Positions 35,623 to 48,868 are shown, counted from the whole stretch's first letter. The stretch: 63,199 nt of DNA, filler included, from Octopus bimaculoides (GCF_001194135.2; 8 parts of 8 records of this genome joined end to end with filler, not necessarily neighbours in it); one strand, 5' to 3'. Numbers and translations are program-made. Notes: a model not told the origin generated them from the sequence alone.

Positions 35623-37584
35623 GTGTATATATACACACATGCATACTTGCATGATGGAAGTCAAGTCATGACCGAATAAGACCACTTTCTTAATTCATTA
35701 AGTCCGAGCGAACGTTCCGAGAGTCTAAGAAGTTCCTGTGCGAGAAATTGCTTTGAATGGACAGTACTGAACCTATTTTTTGGTGCAATCAGCTATAAAA
35801 CCAGTGGCACAACAGAATTTTGAGACGACCAGATACCAACGGTACTTCAGGTTTTTATATAAGAGTTTGACTTCTCCTGAAAGGAAGTTCTAATGAGAAT
35901 TAGGGAGTCTTTCACTCCCATTGGTTTACATGCTAATTGATCCTTAGCTAGGACCCTAACGGAGTCAATAGTGGTTAAGAGGTGGGTCCACACTCCACAA
36001 AACACGGGAACACCCCGTACCAGGGACCCACTACCAGATGCAATTTAAAGTCCTACCCAGGACATACATGCACACACATATACATGCATACACACATACA
36101 CATACGCACATACATACACACATACATACATGCATACATACATACATACACACACACATACATGCATACATACATACACACTCATATACATACATACATA
36201 CAAACATATATACACACAGTAACACATACATACATACATACATACATACATACATACATACATACATACATACATACATGCATGGTATAGACAGACAGAG
36301 TGCATCAAGAATTCGAGAACAGAAAAGAATTCCAGGCAAAACAGACACCAGGCCGAAAAACATAAAAACAGGAAACTCCTAGAAAAACGACACACCCGTT
36401 CAGCTAGATACAACGAAGAAACAAACCATTCGATATCACCACCCTCATCCCTAGCACCGTCCCTGATACATCCACGGAAGTGGCTGAAAGCCAAGATCAC
36501 CTTCCGAACCCATACTATCTACCGCCCCCAACAACTAGTCCATAGCTCTGTGAAGCCTGTAGCTGATGCCGCATTTCCGACGGTGCCTCAGACACGGTCG
36601 TTTTGAGAATTTCAATCATTGGATGTCACATGATCGTGAAAATTTTCGATCAACCATTCTCTGGTCGTGAGGGCCTATGTGGAAGAGTACAGAGTCCAGA
36701 TGGAAAACGTTGAGCCCTCACTAGGCTACCCCCACTTCCTTGATCCAGAGTTTGATCACTATGTCAAGCACTTCAATGCACGTGGGGACAATCACCCTGC
36801 AGGACTATGGAAAGAAATGAGGCAATATGACATGGCCCTCATTGTTCATGATACCCAGAACCATTAAAAATGACAGGAACTCGGTGTACATTACCATAAC
36901 TGTTGGCACCTTGCACAATCTCCGTTGAACCGTTCCTCATTCCTATTGTTAACTTTCGGGCCTGGCCGAGGTTCTTATCATCCTAAAAATAAGCAAAGCT
37001 TGGCATGTTTATTGTTTATCAAGTACTTCACTCGGATTGCATGGTCTTGCCGGACATGAATTATTCTCTCTTCATTACGTAGAATCATACTTGATGTCCT
37101 CGGTAATATCCGTTAGTGGACTCTGCTACCTTGAATTGCTTAGTGATGCCCTTATCGATTCGATGAGGCTATCGCTGATGTTGCTCTGGACCTGCTGGAC
37201 GAAGTCTACCATCCTAACATCACTTGACCATTGTAAATGTTTACTTGCATTAACACTTGCCCTAGATGCCGTGCAACGGGATTAAACCCGAAACTGTTTG
37301 CAAAACGAGCTTCTTCATCACACAACCGTGCCTACGCCTAATACGTAAAATTTCCCACCGGAACAGTTTCTAATTTACACAACTTGTCGATTCAGCAACG
37401 AAGAATCTGTAATTCTGAGGAATATCTCATGTTTACCCAAAGATAAAAACAAAAAAGCTACGTCGTCATTCGTGAGCGAATATAATACGGTAGCCTACCC
37501 CTTGTTTTCGCTAATTGTTTTAGTTGCCAATGTAATCGCGAGCAAACATAGATACCCTAACAACAGACCTACCCTTGACCCTTC

Positions 37585-37780
37585 GGAGCACAAAGGATTT
37601 GACAGCTGGAAGAAGAGAGGGTTGCACCAGCCCTAGGCTAGTACACATTTCCAGCTGAGCAGACTGGAATGACGTGAAACGACGTGTTTTTGCGCAGGAC
37701 ACAACGTGCCACTCCGTTCAGAAATCGATCTCATGACCCTATGATCGAAAGACCAATACTCCTAACCACTAAGTTAACAT
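37585..37780 (-). mobile_element. SINE family D, decayed
   Basis: Reverse head CTTAGTGGTTAGGAGTATTGGTCTTTCGATCATAGGGTCATGAGATCGATT and CAGTCTGCTCAGCTG body. Confidence 0.65.
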
Positions 37781-39254
37781 AGGCAAAAGGCTTCAAAAGG
37801 TTTCTGGCCGAGTACCTATGTTAGAAACTGTTATTGCTGAAGTCCTTACACTTGCCTAACAACATTATACGCAGCATTTATTTATATACATTCACGTTTT
37901 AAGTTCAAATCCTACCTGAGTTACTTTACCTTATATTCTTCAAGTGTCGGTAAAATGTGTTTCATGCCATCAGTGGTGTCGGTCATTTACCCCGATTTTC
38001 TGTTCAGTTTAATAATTATCAATTACTTTCTGAAATGCTATCACACGTCCTTGAAAGCTTATCAGAGGGTACAGTGATAAAACAGAAACAGAACTAGGAG
38101 AAAAATATTAATTAAAAAGAGAAAATATCTTGAACACATGGTGTAACCTAGCGGCAGTTACTGTAAGAGAGATAATCACTTCGAGATTAAACATGGCGGA
38201 GCTAGAAGTTAAAATTTTGAATCGAAGGATAACAAAAAAGATGCACAGAATATACATATTTAATATTTTTTCTTACTCATTACAAAGGTCTTAAATTGTA
38301 TAGTAACAGACTAACCGTGTACAGCGCCATTTCATCCTTATTTGAAGCCATCGGCATGACATAACCTTCTTTTCTTTTATAAGGTCAATCCTTCATTCAG
38401 TCCTTTCTTCTTCCAAAGTATTTTAACCCTCTATATCTCTATATCAACTCTCTTTCTCTTCTACGCACCTTCTACATTTGATGAATATTGTGACGGTGAC
38501 ACTTCATAAGATCTCTCGGCTGAGTTTCTCCATTGTTTCTACACTGCAAGACTTTTTACCAGCCGATCTACAAGCTATTTCTCAGTCGTCATCACACAAG
38601 AACTCTGCCATTATATATCACCCGTATATCACAAGAACTTTCGCAGTTAGTATTCTACTAAACTATTCTACAGATCTTCTACCGTGTCCAAATTTTTCAA
38701 GTTTGTGTTTCTATAGTGATTTTTTTTTTTTTTTTATCTTTACCTCACCATTTCATCCATATTGAAAATGTATTCAATAACAACAAAAAAAAGCTACTGC
38801 CAAGAAAACGAAGTAATTTTTACTTATATTTTTAATATAATGCTTTTCTTTCTTTCGAATAATTTTTCTAATGAAACAATAAAAAGATTTTTTAAAAAAC
38901 AACAACAACGTTACTTTTTTCTCTTGTATTTTTGTTCATATGTTTTACTGTATGTTAAAAAGTGATTATTCTTACAGTAGAAACCTAAAAGCAAGGAAGC
39001 TAATGTACAGACAGTATTGACGTGAAGAAAAAAATATTAAAATCTGAGGATTTTTGTGGTGAAATTTAACAGCAGAACAAAGGGGGAAAGACCAGTGTAT
39101 AAATATGCAAAATGAAAGAAGTTTGTGCTCCACAAGGAAAGGTGACATTCGTTTCTTTGAATTAAGGCTCTACCGAAACATCAAACTTAACATCGTTTCG
39201 CATAATTTAGCATCCAGGTAGCCTTTGCCTGCCATGATATTTTACTTGTTTCAG

Positions 39255-39625
39255 TCGTACATACACATCGACCTCAATGTTTGATTAGAACTTATTTTAT
39301 GAACCTGAAAGGATGAAAGCAAAGTCGACTTCGGCCATATTTGAACTCAGTACGTAAGAACAGATGAAGTGCCCCTAAATATTTTGCCTGGTGTGTAAAG
39401 GATACTGCTAGTTCGTCGCCACTCGTGATTATTATAGGCGTGAATAGGGTGGTGTAGCTGGTAGAGTCGTTGAAGCGTCGGAAAAAGCAACCACATGGTT
39501 CCCAACCACATGGTTCCGGGTTCAGTCCCACTGCGTGGCACCTTGGGCAAGTGTCTTCCACTATAGCCGCGGGCCGACTAAACCCTTGTGAATGGATTTG
39601 GTAGACCGAAACTGAAAGAAGCCCG

Positions 39626-39630
<5 letters not shown>
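39255..39630. mobile_element. SINE family B (-, 39255-39420) followed by family A 5' half (+, 39490-39630)
   Basis: GAAAGGATGAAAGCAAAGTCGACTTCGGC; CAACCACATGGTTCCGGGTTCAGTCCCACTGCGTGGCACCTTGGGCAAG. Confidence 0.85.
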
Positions 39631-39670
<40 letters not shown>

Positions 39671-41082
39671 NNNNNNNNNNNNNNNNNNNNNNNNNNNNNN
39701 NNNNNNNNNNNNNNTTAATTAATTAANNNNNNNNNNNNNNNNNNNNNNNNNNNNNNNNNNNNNNNNNNNNTGATGATGATGATGATGATGCTGGTGGTGG
39801 TGGTGGTTGCAGTGGTGATGATGGTAGTCGATGGTTTGATGTTGACGATGGTGGTCGTGATGATGATGACGACGACGGCTACGACGACGATGACGATGGT
39901 GAGGATGATGATGATGACGATGATGATTGGTGTCGGTACTGGAGCGATAGTTTTTGATCTTCTTGGTGTCATTTGTGTTGTTGCTGTTGGTGTTGTTGTT
40001 GTTGTTGAAGTTGAGCCCCCGCCCTCACCCCCTCCACCCCACAGGTCAACCTGATCAAACAAACCTAGGATCAAACAGACATTCCAATCACGACCATCCT
40101 GTCTTTTAAAAAGGCTTCATTATCTCCTGTCCTGTTTATTATACAAAACGATGAGGTTACGATTTGAGGGTGATTTGCCTGCTACCTCTAGGAGGCTGTG
40201 CGGTCATGTAGAGGCTGATTGGNNNNNNNNNNNNNNNNNNNNNNNNNNNNNNNNNNNNNNNNNNNNNNNNNNNNNNNNNNNNNNNNNNNNNNNNNNNNNN
40301 NNNNNNNNNNNNNNNNNNNNNNNNNNNNNNNNNNNNNNNNNNNNNNNNNNNNNNNNNNNNNNNNNNNNNNNNNNNNNNNNNNNNNNNNNNNNNNNNNNNN
40401 NNNNNNNNNNNNNNNNNNNNNNNNNNNNNNNNNNNNNNNNNNNNNNNNNNNNNNNNNNNNNNNNNNNNNNNNNNNNNNNNNNNNNNNNNNNNNNNNNNNN
40501 NNNNNNNNNNNNNNNNNNNNNNNNNNNNNNNNNNNNNNNNNNNNNNNNNNNNATTCTGGCCATGACCATCCTTCATTTCTTTTTTTTCTTCTTTCTTTTT
40601 TGAAGTACTAAAGAATTAATTTTTGCACAGTGTGTATCCCGGACAACACTATCCAATGTGTCCCTTTTATTATAAGACCTTAGGGTTTGGTGTGAGGGAG
40701 ATTTAGCTGCTATTTCTACCTGGTTCAGCAACCACAAAAAATGCTCATAAGCTGGCTCACTGCTGGCGTTGCTATTGATGATGGGGGTGTATGTTGGTGG
40801 TGGTGGTGGTGGTGGAGATAGTAGTGGTGATGGTGGTGTTGGTGGTAGTGATTGTTTTTGTTGTGGTGGTGGTTGAATGGTGTGGGTGTAGTGGTGTTCG
40901 ATATAATTCAATTATTCATAATCAATAAACAGTTGTCATAACAACCAGTGGTGTGGGGGAGGGGCAAGTCAATGTTTGTCTCTTATTTCTGTTTTATTTT
41001 ATTTTGTTTTATTTTATTTTATATCTTTGTTAATTATTATTTATAATTTTCGTTTTCTGATCCGTCTTTTTTTTTGTGTCAG

Positions 41083-41483
41083 ATCAATCATTTACCTTTC
41101 GTATGGAAGCCTGGGATACACGCTAACACCACGACGACCACCACCAACAAGAACAACATCGCCACCGCCATCATTACTATCAAGAGCGTCAGTGCCACCA
41201 CCACCGCTACCACCACCATTACCATCATCGCTGTCGCCACCACCATCATCGACACTACCGCCACCAAGAATGACAATAACACCACCACTGACACCACCAC
41301 CACTACCACCACCACCATCACCAACAACAACAACAACACCATCACCACCACCACCACCACCACTACCACCATTGTCACCAACAATAACAATAACGACGTC
41401 GATGACGGCTACAATAACAATATCCGACTGTATTGGGAGTCACAACAACGACAACAACAACAATATTCACAGCAGGAATTTCA

Positions 41484-41514
<31 letters not shown>

Positions 41515-41569
41515 CAACAACGACAACACTGAACCAGCAGAGAAGAATCTGTGTTCATCGACTTGCTAG
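41083..41569 (+). CDS. Candidate Pro/Ser/Thr-rich terminal exon of an unidentified gene
   Basis: Strong acceptor CTGAT..TCCGTCTTTTTTTTTGTGTCAG; open frame SIIYLSYGSLGYTLTPRRPPPTRTTSPPPSLLSRASVPPPP...DNTEPAEKNLCSSTC* with mixed codons; low complexity. Confidence 0.3.
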
Positions 41570-41922
41570 AAATCTCAAGCAGATCTTCAGATCTTCAGAC
41601 TACACTATGAATGAAAATTAAGGGTTGTTAGTCACGGCTGGGATACCGATCAAACGATTAAAACCTCGATATAACAAAAGGAATTGACTGTAGATCGACA
41701 AATTTAGAGGCGACGACATAAAACATACAAAACGTTCGTTACAACGTTCGAAGCATTCTCGCAAACACAAAACAGAGACCAGGTGAATCCTATATTACAG
41801 CAAATGACCACAAGGAAAACCGGAAGTAGTGCTATTATTATTATTTGATTCCACAGTTCCTCGTAAAATGCATCCAAAGTACGAAAATTTCACGCCCAAA
41901 ATATACCAAATTAGTCTGTCGT

Positions 41923-42307
41923 GCTGCTTTGACTGATTCCCATGATTCCTTCTCGCCATCCAATACCATTATTATGAATTTGAATTGGAAGCTTGAGTCA
42001 TAGCGAATCTTTCATTAGATGATTACACAACCATGGCCATCACCCCTATGGATGAATTGCAGTTACTTTCGTGATAGTGCTTAATGATCCTGGCCCGTTG
42101 ATCTTCTAGGATTCCTTCGCTCAGCATCAATGTAAGAAACACCATTGGTTTAGTTGAGCCCTTACCGCTACCTCTTTATAATGCGCCATGCTGCATTCCC
42201 ATGACTTCGCAGTATCCCTGGCTGGGTGGCTGAACGAGTGGTATGCCTTGCCATGGGACAACCTGTAACCACGCAGGGTACGGTCGTCACTCCGAGGTAT
42301 TTTCAAA
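41923..42307. repeat. Unclassified interspersed repeat, copy 1 of 2
   Basis: Collinear with 46445-46806 (blocks TCGCCATCCAAT, GAATCTTTCATTAG, CTAGGATTCCT, CCCATGACTTCGC, GAGGTATTTTCAAA). Confidence 0.85.
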
Positions 42308-42689
42308 ACTATCCTCATACCAAATTAAAAAAATATGCTTATATATATATTGTATTATTTAATTCTCCGTTTGGAGAAATTCTAATAGAAAATTCTTACA
42401 TGTTTATCCATCACGTACAATTTTGCGATTCCTATTAGCAAATGAAACGTAGAACGGTGAATAAATAATACCAAAAAGTTTTTCAGATTCCTGTTTTCTT
42501 ATATAATAACTTTGTAAACAATATTTTCATAATAATCAATTGTAATATGTACCTCATATGAATACAATAACATCAACGACTACATGGCGGATTGTAAGAT
42601 GTGCTTCAAAACGACACAGCTTGGATCTCTTTTACATCAACAAAATGTGTGTGTGTGTGTGTGTTTATAAATGATTTCTGATTGAGACA

Positions 42690-43078
42690 CAAAACCAGCA
42701 ATTTCGAGGGGAAGGGGTTAATCGATTATATCCACCTCAGTATATGACTGACACCCTAGTTTATCAGCCTCGAAAGAATGAAATACATTGTTGACCTCAG
42801 TGGAATTTCGGCTCAGAGCGTGAATGCATGCTTGTGCATGTGGATCAAATTAATTCACCGCACAGTATGTATGCTTTTGTATGGATGGATGAAATTAGAG
42901 AGTACGTACGCATGAGTGTGAAAAGTTTTATGTATAAGGATCACAGTGGAGGCGCAATGGCCCAGTGGTTAGAGCAGCGGACTCGCGGTCATAGAATCAC
43001 GGTTTCGATTCCCAGACCGGACGCTGTGAGTATTTATTGAGCAGAAACACCTAAAGCTCCACGAGGCTCCGGCAGGGG
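42690..43078. mobile_element. SINE family B fragment (-, 42690-42820) and family C head (+, 42946-43078)
   Basis: TTTATCAGCCTCGAAAGAATGAA...GACCTCAGTGGAATTT; GGAGGCGCAATGGCCCAGTGGTTAGAGCAGCGGACTCG. Confidence 0.85.
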
Positions 43079-43358
43079 NNNNNNNNNNNNNNNNNNNNNN
43101 NNNNNNNNNNNNNNNNNNNNNNTTAATTAATTAANNNNNNNNNNNNNNNNNNNNNNNNNNNNNNNNNNNNNNNNNNNNTAACGTAGTCCTACCCCCATTA
43201 TGATTGAAGAAATCATCGATGGCATGTCTCCCGTCTCAATTATACACTAATTATATATATATATATAAATATATGTATGCAGGTGTGAATACATATGTGT
43301 GTGTGTGTGTGTGTGTAGATAGGTAGATATGCTTTTATTAAAACTTCAAAATTATCGC

Positions 43359-43404
43359 AAAACTGTTACTCAGAGTTTCACGTCCCCGTTCGCCGGACAG
43401 TTTT
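43359..43404 (-). ncRNA. Minimal type I hammerhead ribozyme motif with mutated core (probably inactive), Penelope-associated
   Basis: AAAACTGT-CCGGCGA-ACG(GGGA)CGT-GAAA-CTC(T)GAG-TA-ACAGTTTT: perfect 8-bp stem I, 3-bp stem II with GNRA loop, near-palindromic stem III, GUA cleavage triplet; core differs from CUGANGA at two positions. Confidence 0.7.
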
Positions 43405-43498
43405 TTTCCCACCTTCTTTTGCATTTATATGCTCACCTGTGTAAATAAACAAACAGACAAACAAACAGAGAGACAGACAGACATACACATAGACATAC

Positions 43499-43534
<36 letters not shown>

Positions 43535-45079
43535 TTAAAAGAACATATTTGATATTAGCGTCCTTGATACGCCATACAGTGACATATGCGGTGAGGAAAT
43601 GGACAATAATAACAAGTCATTTGCTTTTTGTTTGCTTGTTTTTGGAGGGGTTTTTTAAGCCAGAATATGATAAAAAGAAATAGGATGCTGCATGTGAGAC
43701 GTTACAACGGTTTCAATTAAGCAAATAAAGAACGTTTGGTTCGCGACCTCATTTCTTTCACGACAACAGAAAACAAACGTTTATTGCACCTAAATTCTTT
43801 GTTGGCCTTAAACTGGCGTTCCCATAATTTAAAATTCTTTGTTTGGTTTATAGTATATCGTCATGAATAATCTGCTTTTGATAATTTCTTTGGTGGCCTC
43901 TCTGTGACACCAGATAATTATTGGGGCAGCAATTGTTACCAATTAAATTCATACCTTATTGCTTATTCTTCACACACGCACGCACACAAACGCACACACA
44001 CTCACTTGCACATGCACATACGCACACGAACGCACACACACGCACAAACACACGTACGCACACATACACATGCACTCATACACATTCACTCTCGCACCTA
44101 TACAGACACACGTGCACACATATTCATGTATATATTAATTCAAATATATATTCAAAAATATTATATAAATTTGAATATAGATATGTATATGTATATATCT
44201 ATATATCCTTATATACATNNNNNNNNNNNNNNNNNNNNNNNNNNNNNNNNNNNNNNNNNNNNNNNNNNNNNNNNNNNNNNNNNNNNNNNNNNNNNNNNNN
44301 NNNNNNNNNNNNNNNNNNNNNNNNNNNNNNNNNNNNNNNNNNNNNNNNNNNNNNNNNNNNNNNNNNNNNNNNNNNNNNNNNNNNNNNNNNNNNNNNNNNN
44401 NNNNNNNNNNNNNNNNNNNNNNNNNNNNNNNNNNNNNNNNNNNNNNNNNNNNNNNNNNNNNNNNNNNNNNNNNNNNNNNNNNNNNNNNNNNNNNNNNNNN
44501 NNNNNNNNNNNNNNNNNNNNNNNNNNNNNNNNNNNNNNNNNNNNNNNNNNNNNNNNNNNNNNNNNNNNNNNNNNNNNNNNNNNNNNNNNNNNNNNNNNNN
44601 NNNNNNNNNNNNNNNNNNNNNNNNNNNNNNNNNNNNNNNNNNNNNNNNNNNNNNNNNNNNNNNNNNNNNNNNNNNNNNNNNNNNNNNNNNNNNNNNNNNN
44701 NNNNNNNNNNNNNNNNNNNNNNNNNNNNNNNNNNNNNNNNNNNNNNNNNNNNNNNNNNNNNNNNNNNNNNNNNNNNNNNNNNNNNNNNNNNNNNNNNNNN
44801 NNNNNNNNNNAATATATAAGTTTATGTGATTTGTGTGCCTTCCTGTCTGCAGGCGTGCGCCTTAGTGTGTCTGTGCGGAGATTATGACTCAGTTAAAATT
44901 TGGCTCTATCTGTTTCTTCGCTATAATTACATATATAGGAGTAAAGAAGTAAACACTTGATATACTCTCCTTATAAATATGTATAATACTTGGCTTGCAT
45001 AGGGAGAAAGCAAAGAGCTTGAATTTGTACAAATATGTAATGGTATATCAATATAAATATATAAGTGAGTTTGAGTATA

Positions 45080-45151
<72 letters not shown>

Positions 45152-45432
45152 CATAAATCTGTGTATATCTAATAACTTGGTAAATGTACGCAGTTAGTTT
45201 GTAGTTATATTTTTTTTTTTCAAAAGGAAATGCGGGATATTAAAAATTAAATAAAACTGGGTGTGAAAGTGTGGGAGTGTGTGGATCTGTGTGAGTGTGT
45301 ATGTACGTGTGTGTGCGTAAATATATATATATGTGTGTGTGCTAACATTGACAGATAGAGAGACAGAGACAGAGAGAAAGTGAGCGAAAGAGATATATAG
45401 ACGAAATAGATATAGTGATTGTGTGTATATGA

Positions 45433-45483
<51 letters not shown>

Positions 45484-45528
45484 TGTGTGTGTAATTATAC
45501 GTATGTAAATGTATATATNNNNNNNNNN

Positions 45529-45595
<67 letters not shown>

Positions 45596-45629
45596 TGATA
45601 CATACATACATACATACATACTTACATAC

Positions 45630-45873
45630 GTGAATATCCTTTTGAAAATATAAGAGAAAGAGGCTAAACAAAGACAACTGCTTCGAAACTTCCAACTTCT
45701 ATATCCAGATTATAATTTAACATTTATACCAGTAATAACTGGTGCACACGGTTTTCTGGCAGCCTGGATTAGCTGGAATTTCTTGAAAACGATATCTACC
45801 ACCTAAATTAGAAATATAAACTGTTAGTGGAACAGTAAAATTTTGTAAGACTTTTCTATACTTTAAAATGTAA
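45630..45873 (+). mobile_element. Non-LTR retrotransposon with restriction-like endonuclease (R4/Dong-like), 3' fragment
   Basis: VNILLKI*EKEAKQRQLLRNFQLLYPDYNLTFIPVITGAHGF...TVSGTVKFCKTFL, resembling the EK..KY / PxxxGALG / GT..I C-terminus of REL LINEs. Confidence 0.65.
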
Positions 45874-46444
45874 CATTATTTTTCTTATCAACATTCCAAC
45901 GATAGAGCTTTGTTTCATTGTTAGAAGCCAGCTCCTTCATCGGAGAAAGATTTTAGATAATTAAAAATAGAAGAGAATATATTTGTACATATATGCATAC
46001 TACATACATAAAGAAGAACACTGGAGGAACATTCCAGTAAAAAGCGCAGCCCGGCATAAGCACAACAATCTAGGTATGACTGAATGAAACAAGGAACAAA
46101 AGGCGTGTATCGTTGTAGTGATTAGCTATTCAACAGATGTGAATTACTCTTTAAAGTTTGGGCAAAAGGTGAACCTCTTTAGAAAATTGATGAGAAAGCC
46201 TACGGCTCTTCTATCCAGGCTGTATATTTTCATTTGTTCTTATCATCACAGGTGTACTGGACTACGAAACAACGGATCTACATGGAATCTTAGAAATGCG
46301 TGGGTAGCCCCAAAATAACAAAACAGACTGATTTGCATTCTCTGTATACTATCGATTAGAGGAACAGAGATTCTCCAGTGGAGGTACCAGGGTGAATATA
46401 TGCACACAACCACGTATACATGGTAGAAAACAAGTACTTTTTTC

Positions 46445-46806
46445 GTTGCTTTCGCGGATACCCACGGCTCGCTGTCGCCATCCAATTCCATTATTAGGAT
46501 TTTGAATAAGGAGCATGAGTCATAGGGAATCTTTCATTAGCTGATTACACAGCCATGGATGTGGACCTTATGGATGCGTTGGAGTTACTCTTTTGATAGA
46601 GTTTGGCCGTTGATCTCCTAGGATTCCTCTGTTCAGTATCAATGTTGGCTCACTTGGGCTCTCCCACCACCTCTTCACAATCCTTCATGCAGCAGTCCCA
46701 TGACTTCGCCGTATCTCTGACAGGATGGCTCAACGGATGCTATGCTTTGCCAGAGGGCAGCCTATGTCTATGCAGAGCACGTCCGTCACTCTGAGGTATT
46801 TTCAAA
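46445..46806. repeat. Unclassified interspersed repeat, copy 2 of 2
   Basis: Collinear with 41923-42307, with two roughly 10-bp deletions. Confidence 0.85.
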
Positions 46807-47518
46807 CACCAGCATTCTCATACAAATACTCGCAGACCCATTTTCAAATACCCGTATACCCATATATATGCATACATATAAATAGTAATAAAGCATTCGT
46901 TCTACTGTGACACGCGCTCTCTTGAGCGCAAGTTAACCCATATGCTCTCACATGCGCACAACACGCATACATAAATGCAAAAGGAAACCATTTCACGGAT
47001 CTACAAACCTTAAAAGTTGCTTTGGTTTATCAAAAGAGCCTTGTCACTTTGTAAGTACCAGGCTTGAATTCTGCGATGGGTAAAACAGAATCTCCAAAGA
47101 ACCATAAATACTTATATATAGGAAATTACTAATATGTATGAGTATGTGTTTGCATGCAAAGTATGGGCTTGTTTACGTGGTTATAAACGCATACGCGTGT
47201 GTGTGTATATGTGTGTGAATGCGTGTGTGTGTGCGTGTGTGTGTGTGCGTGTGCGTGGGTGCGTGCCTTAATGCTGATATATGCGTAGATTACACCTATG
47301 CGCGTGTGCGTGTTTGTGTGTACACGTGCATCTGAATTCTGATTGCTTCCACTGCCATTGTAAAAGTCAGTATATTTTCAAGCGTGAATGTGCTTGAGAT
47401 ATTTATATATATATATTTGCTTTTTCTAGGGGTATGTGGTGATGTATATATTTGAGAACGTGAACGTTTGTATGCATTTGATTATGAGAGAGGGAGAAAG
47501 AGAGAGAGAGAGAGAGAG

Positions 47519-47628
<110 letters not shown>

Positions 47629-48868
47629 AGTAGGTGATATTTTATTCGTGTATCTGTATACGTGCGTTTTCATCCGTGTGTATTTACATAGGAAATGTTC
47701 AGGAAGCGATTTGATATACATTGATGAAGTGCCAAGTCTATGAGTGAAGTTTTTAACCAGTAAAATTTTAACTTTGCTTAAATCAAAGGCTCTGAATGTC
47801 CCATCATTATTACTGTTGTTGTTGTAATCGTTGGTGATCGTTTGTTGTTGTTGTTTCTGACTTCTTGTTGGTGACCATTTTGTTTTCAATTTAAATGTCT
47901 TCGTCAGCTCTACTTCAACAGACTCCATTACACACAGGAAGCTGATTGATGAAAGCAGCTGATAAATACTACCTCCTGTAGTTGGGTCCGTGAACGACTG
48001 AGTTGGTTGATTATTCGACATGTAGGACGAGCCATTGTGGATGCTTTTACATTTTAGCTCCGACTTCTGGAGAAAATAGCACCTAGATTTCTTTCGATCG
48101 TACCTTGCCATTAAAAGAAATAGCGAGTGTACTAGGCCCACAAATAATGATCACTTCTAAAATTCTTTTAACCCAAACTGTTTAATTAGGATTGGCAAAA
48201 ATAGGGCTACATATAAACTGCAACACCAGTAGCAACAATATATATGCAAAAAATGGCAACAGTATATAAGATGTCCGTATATGGTGTCACAAATTGAGGT
48301 TCTCACAAGTTGATCCTGGTTCTTCTGTCTATTAGTAAACTTCGACACGGTAGAAAGACATAGCTATCGCTCTAAGAAGGGATAATATAATATTCATACC
48401 ATAGATTATACCCTTTTGATCATAAGCTGGAGATTCGAGAGATTATATGGGCACTGTAAACCCATGAGGAAAAGTATGATACATGTCGATACCGAGTCAT
48501 ACTCGACTGTGAATGCCGGTTGGTCTTTAGAGGACCTCACAATCTAGGATGAGTGTTGTGGCTGCTGTCCTGTTGCAATATCTACAGATGTATGTCTATG
48601 AGTAAATGATACGAGTGATAGAAGACTGGAAGTCTGGATTGGAGGTTGTAACAAAGCTAAATCGATGACAAATCATATTTAAAAAAACATTAAGAATATG
48701 TAGTTATAGATATACAAGAAAACAAAATGGACTTGTTTTTGATCATACATCTGCTTTGATCTAGTCTGCTCGATCTGGAATGGTCTAGGGTTAAACGTCG
48801 GCTTTAATCAGAGAGAATCTATGGGCAACAACTGAAAATTTCAAATGGCGTCTTCGCTTGACCCTTCA

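Noticed and set aside
41700-41890. Minus-strand GPCR-TM5-like peptide YEELWNQIIIIALLPVFLVVICCNIGF
   Set aside because: Bounded by stops at about 57 codons, partly from an (ATT)n repeat, with no other receptor helices nearby
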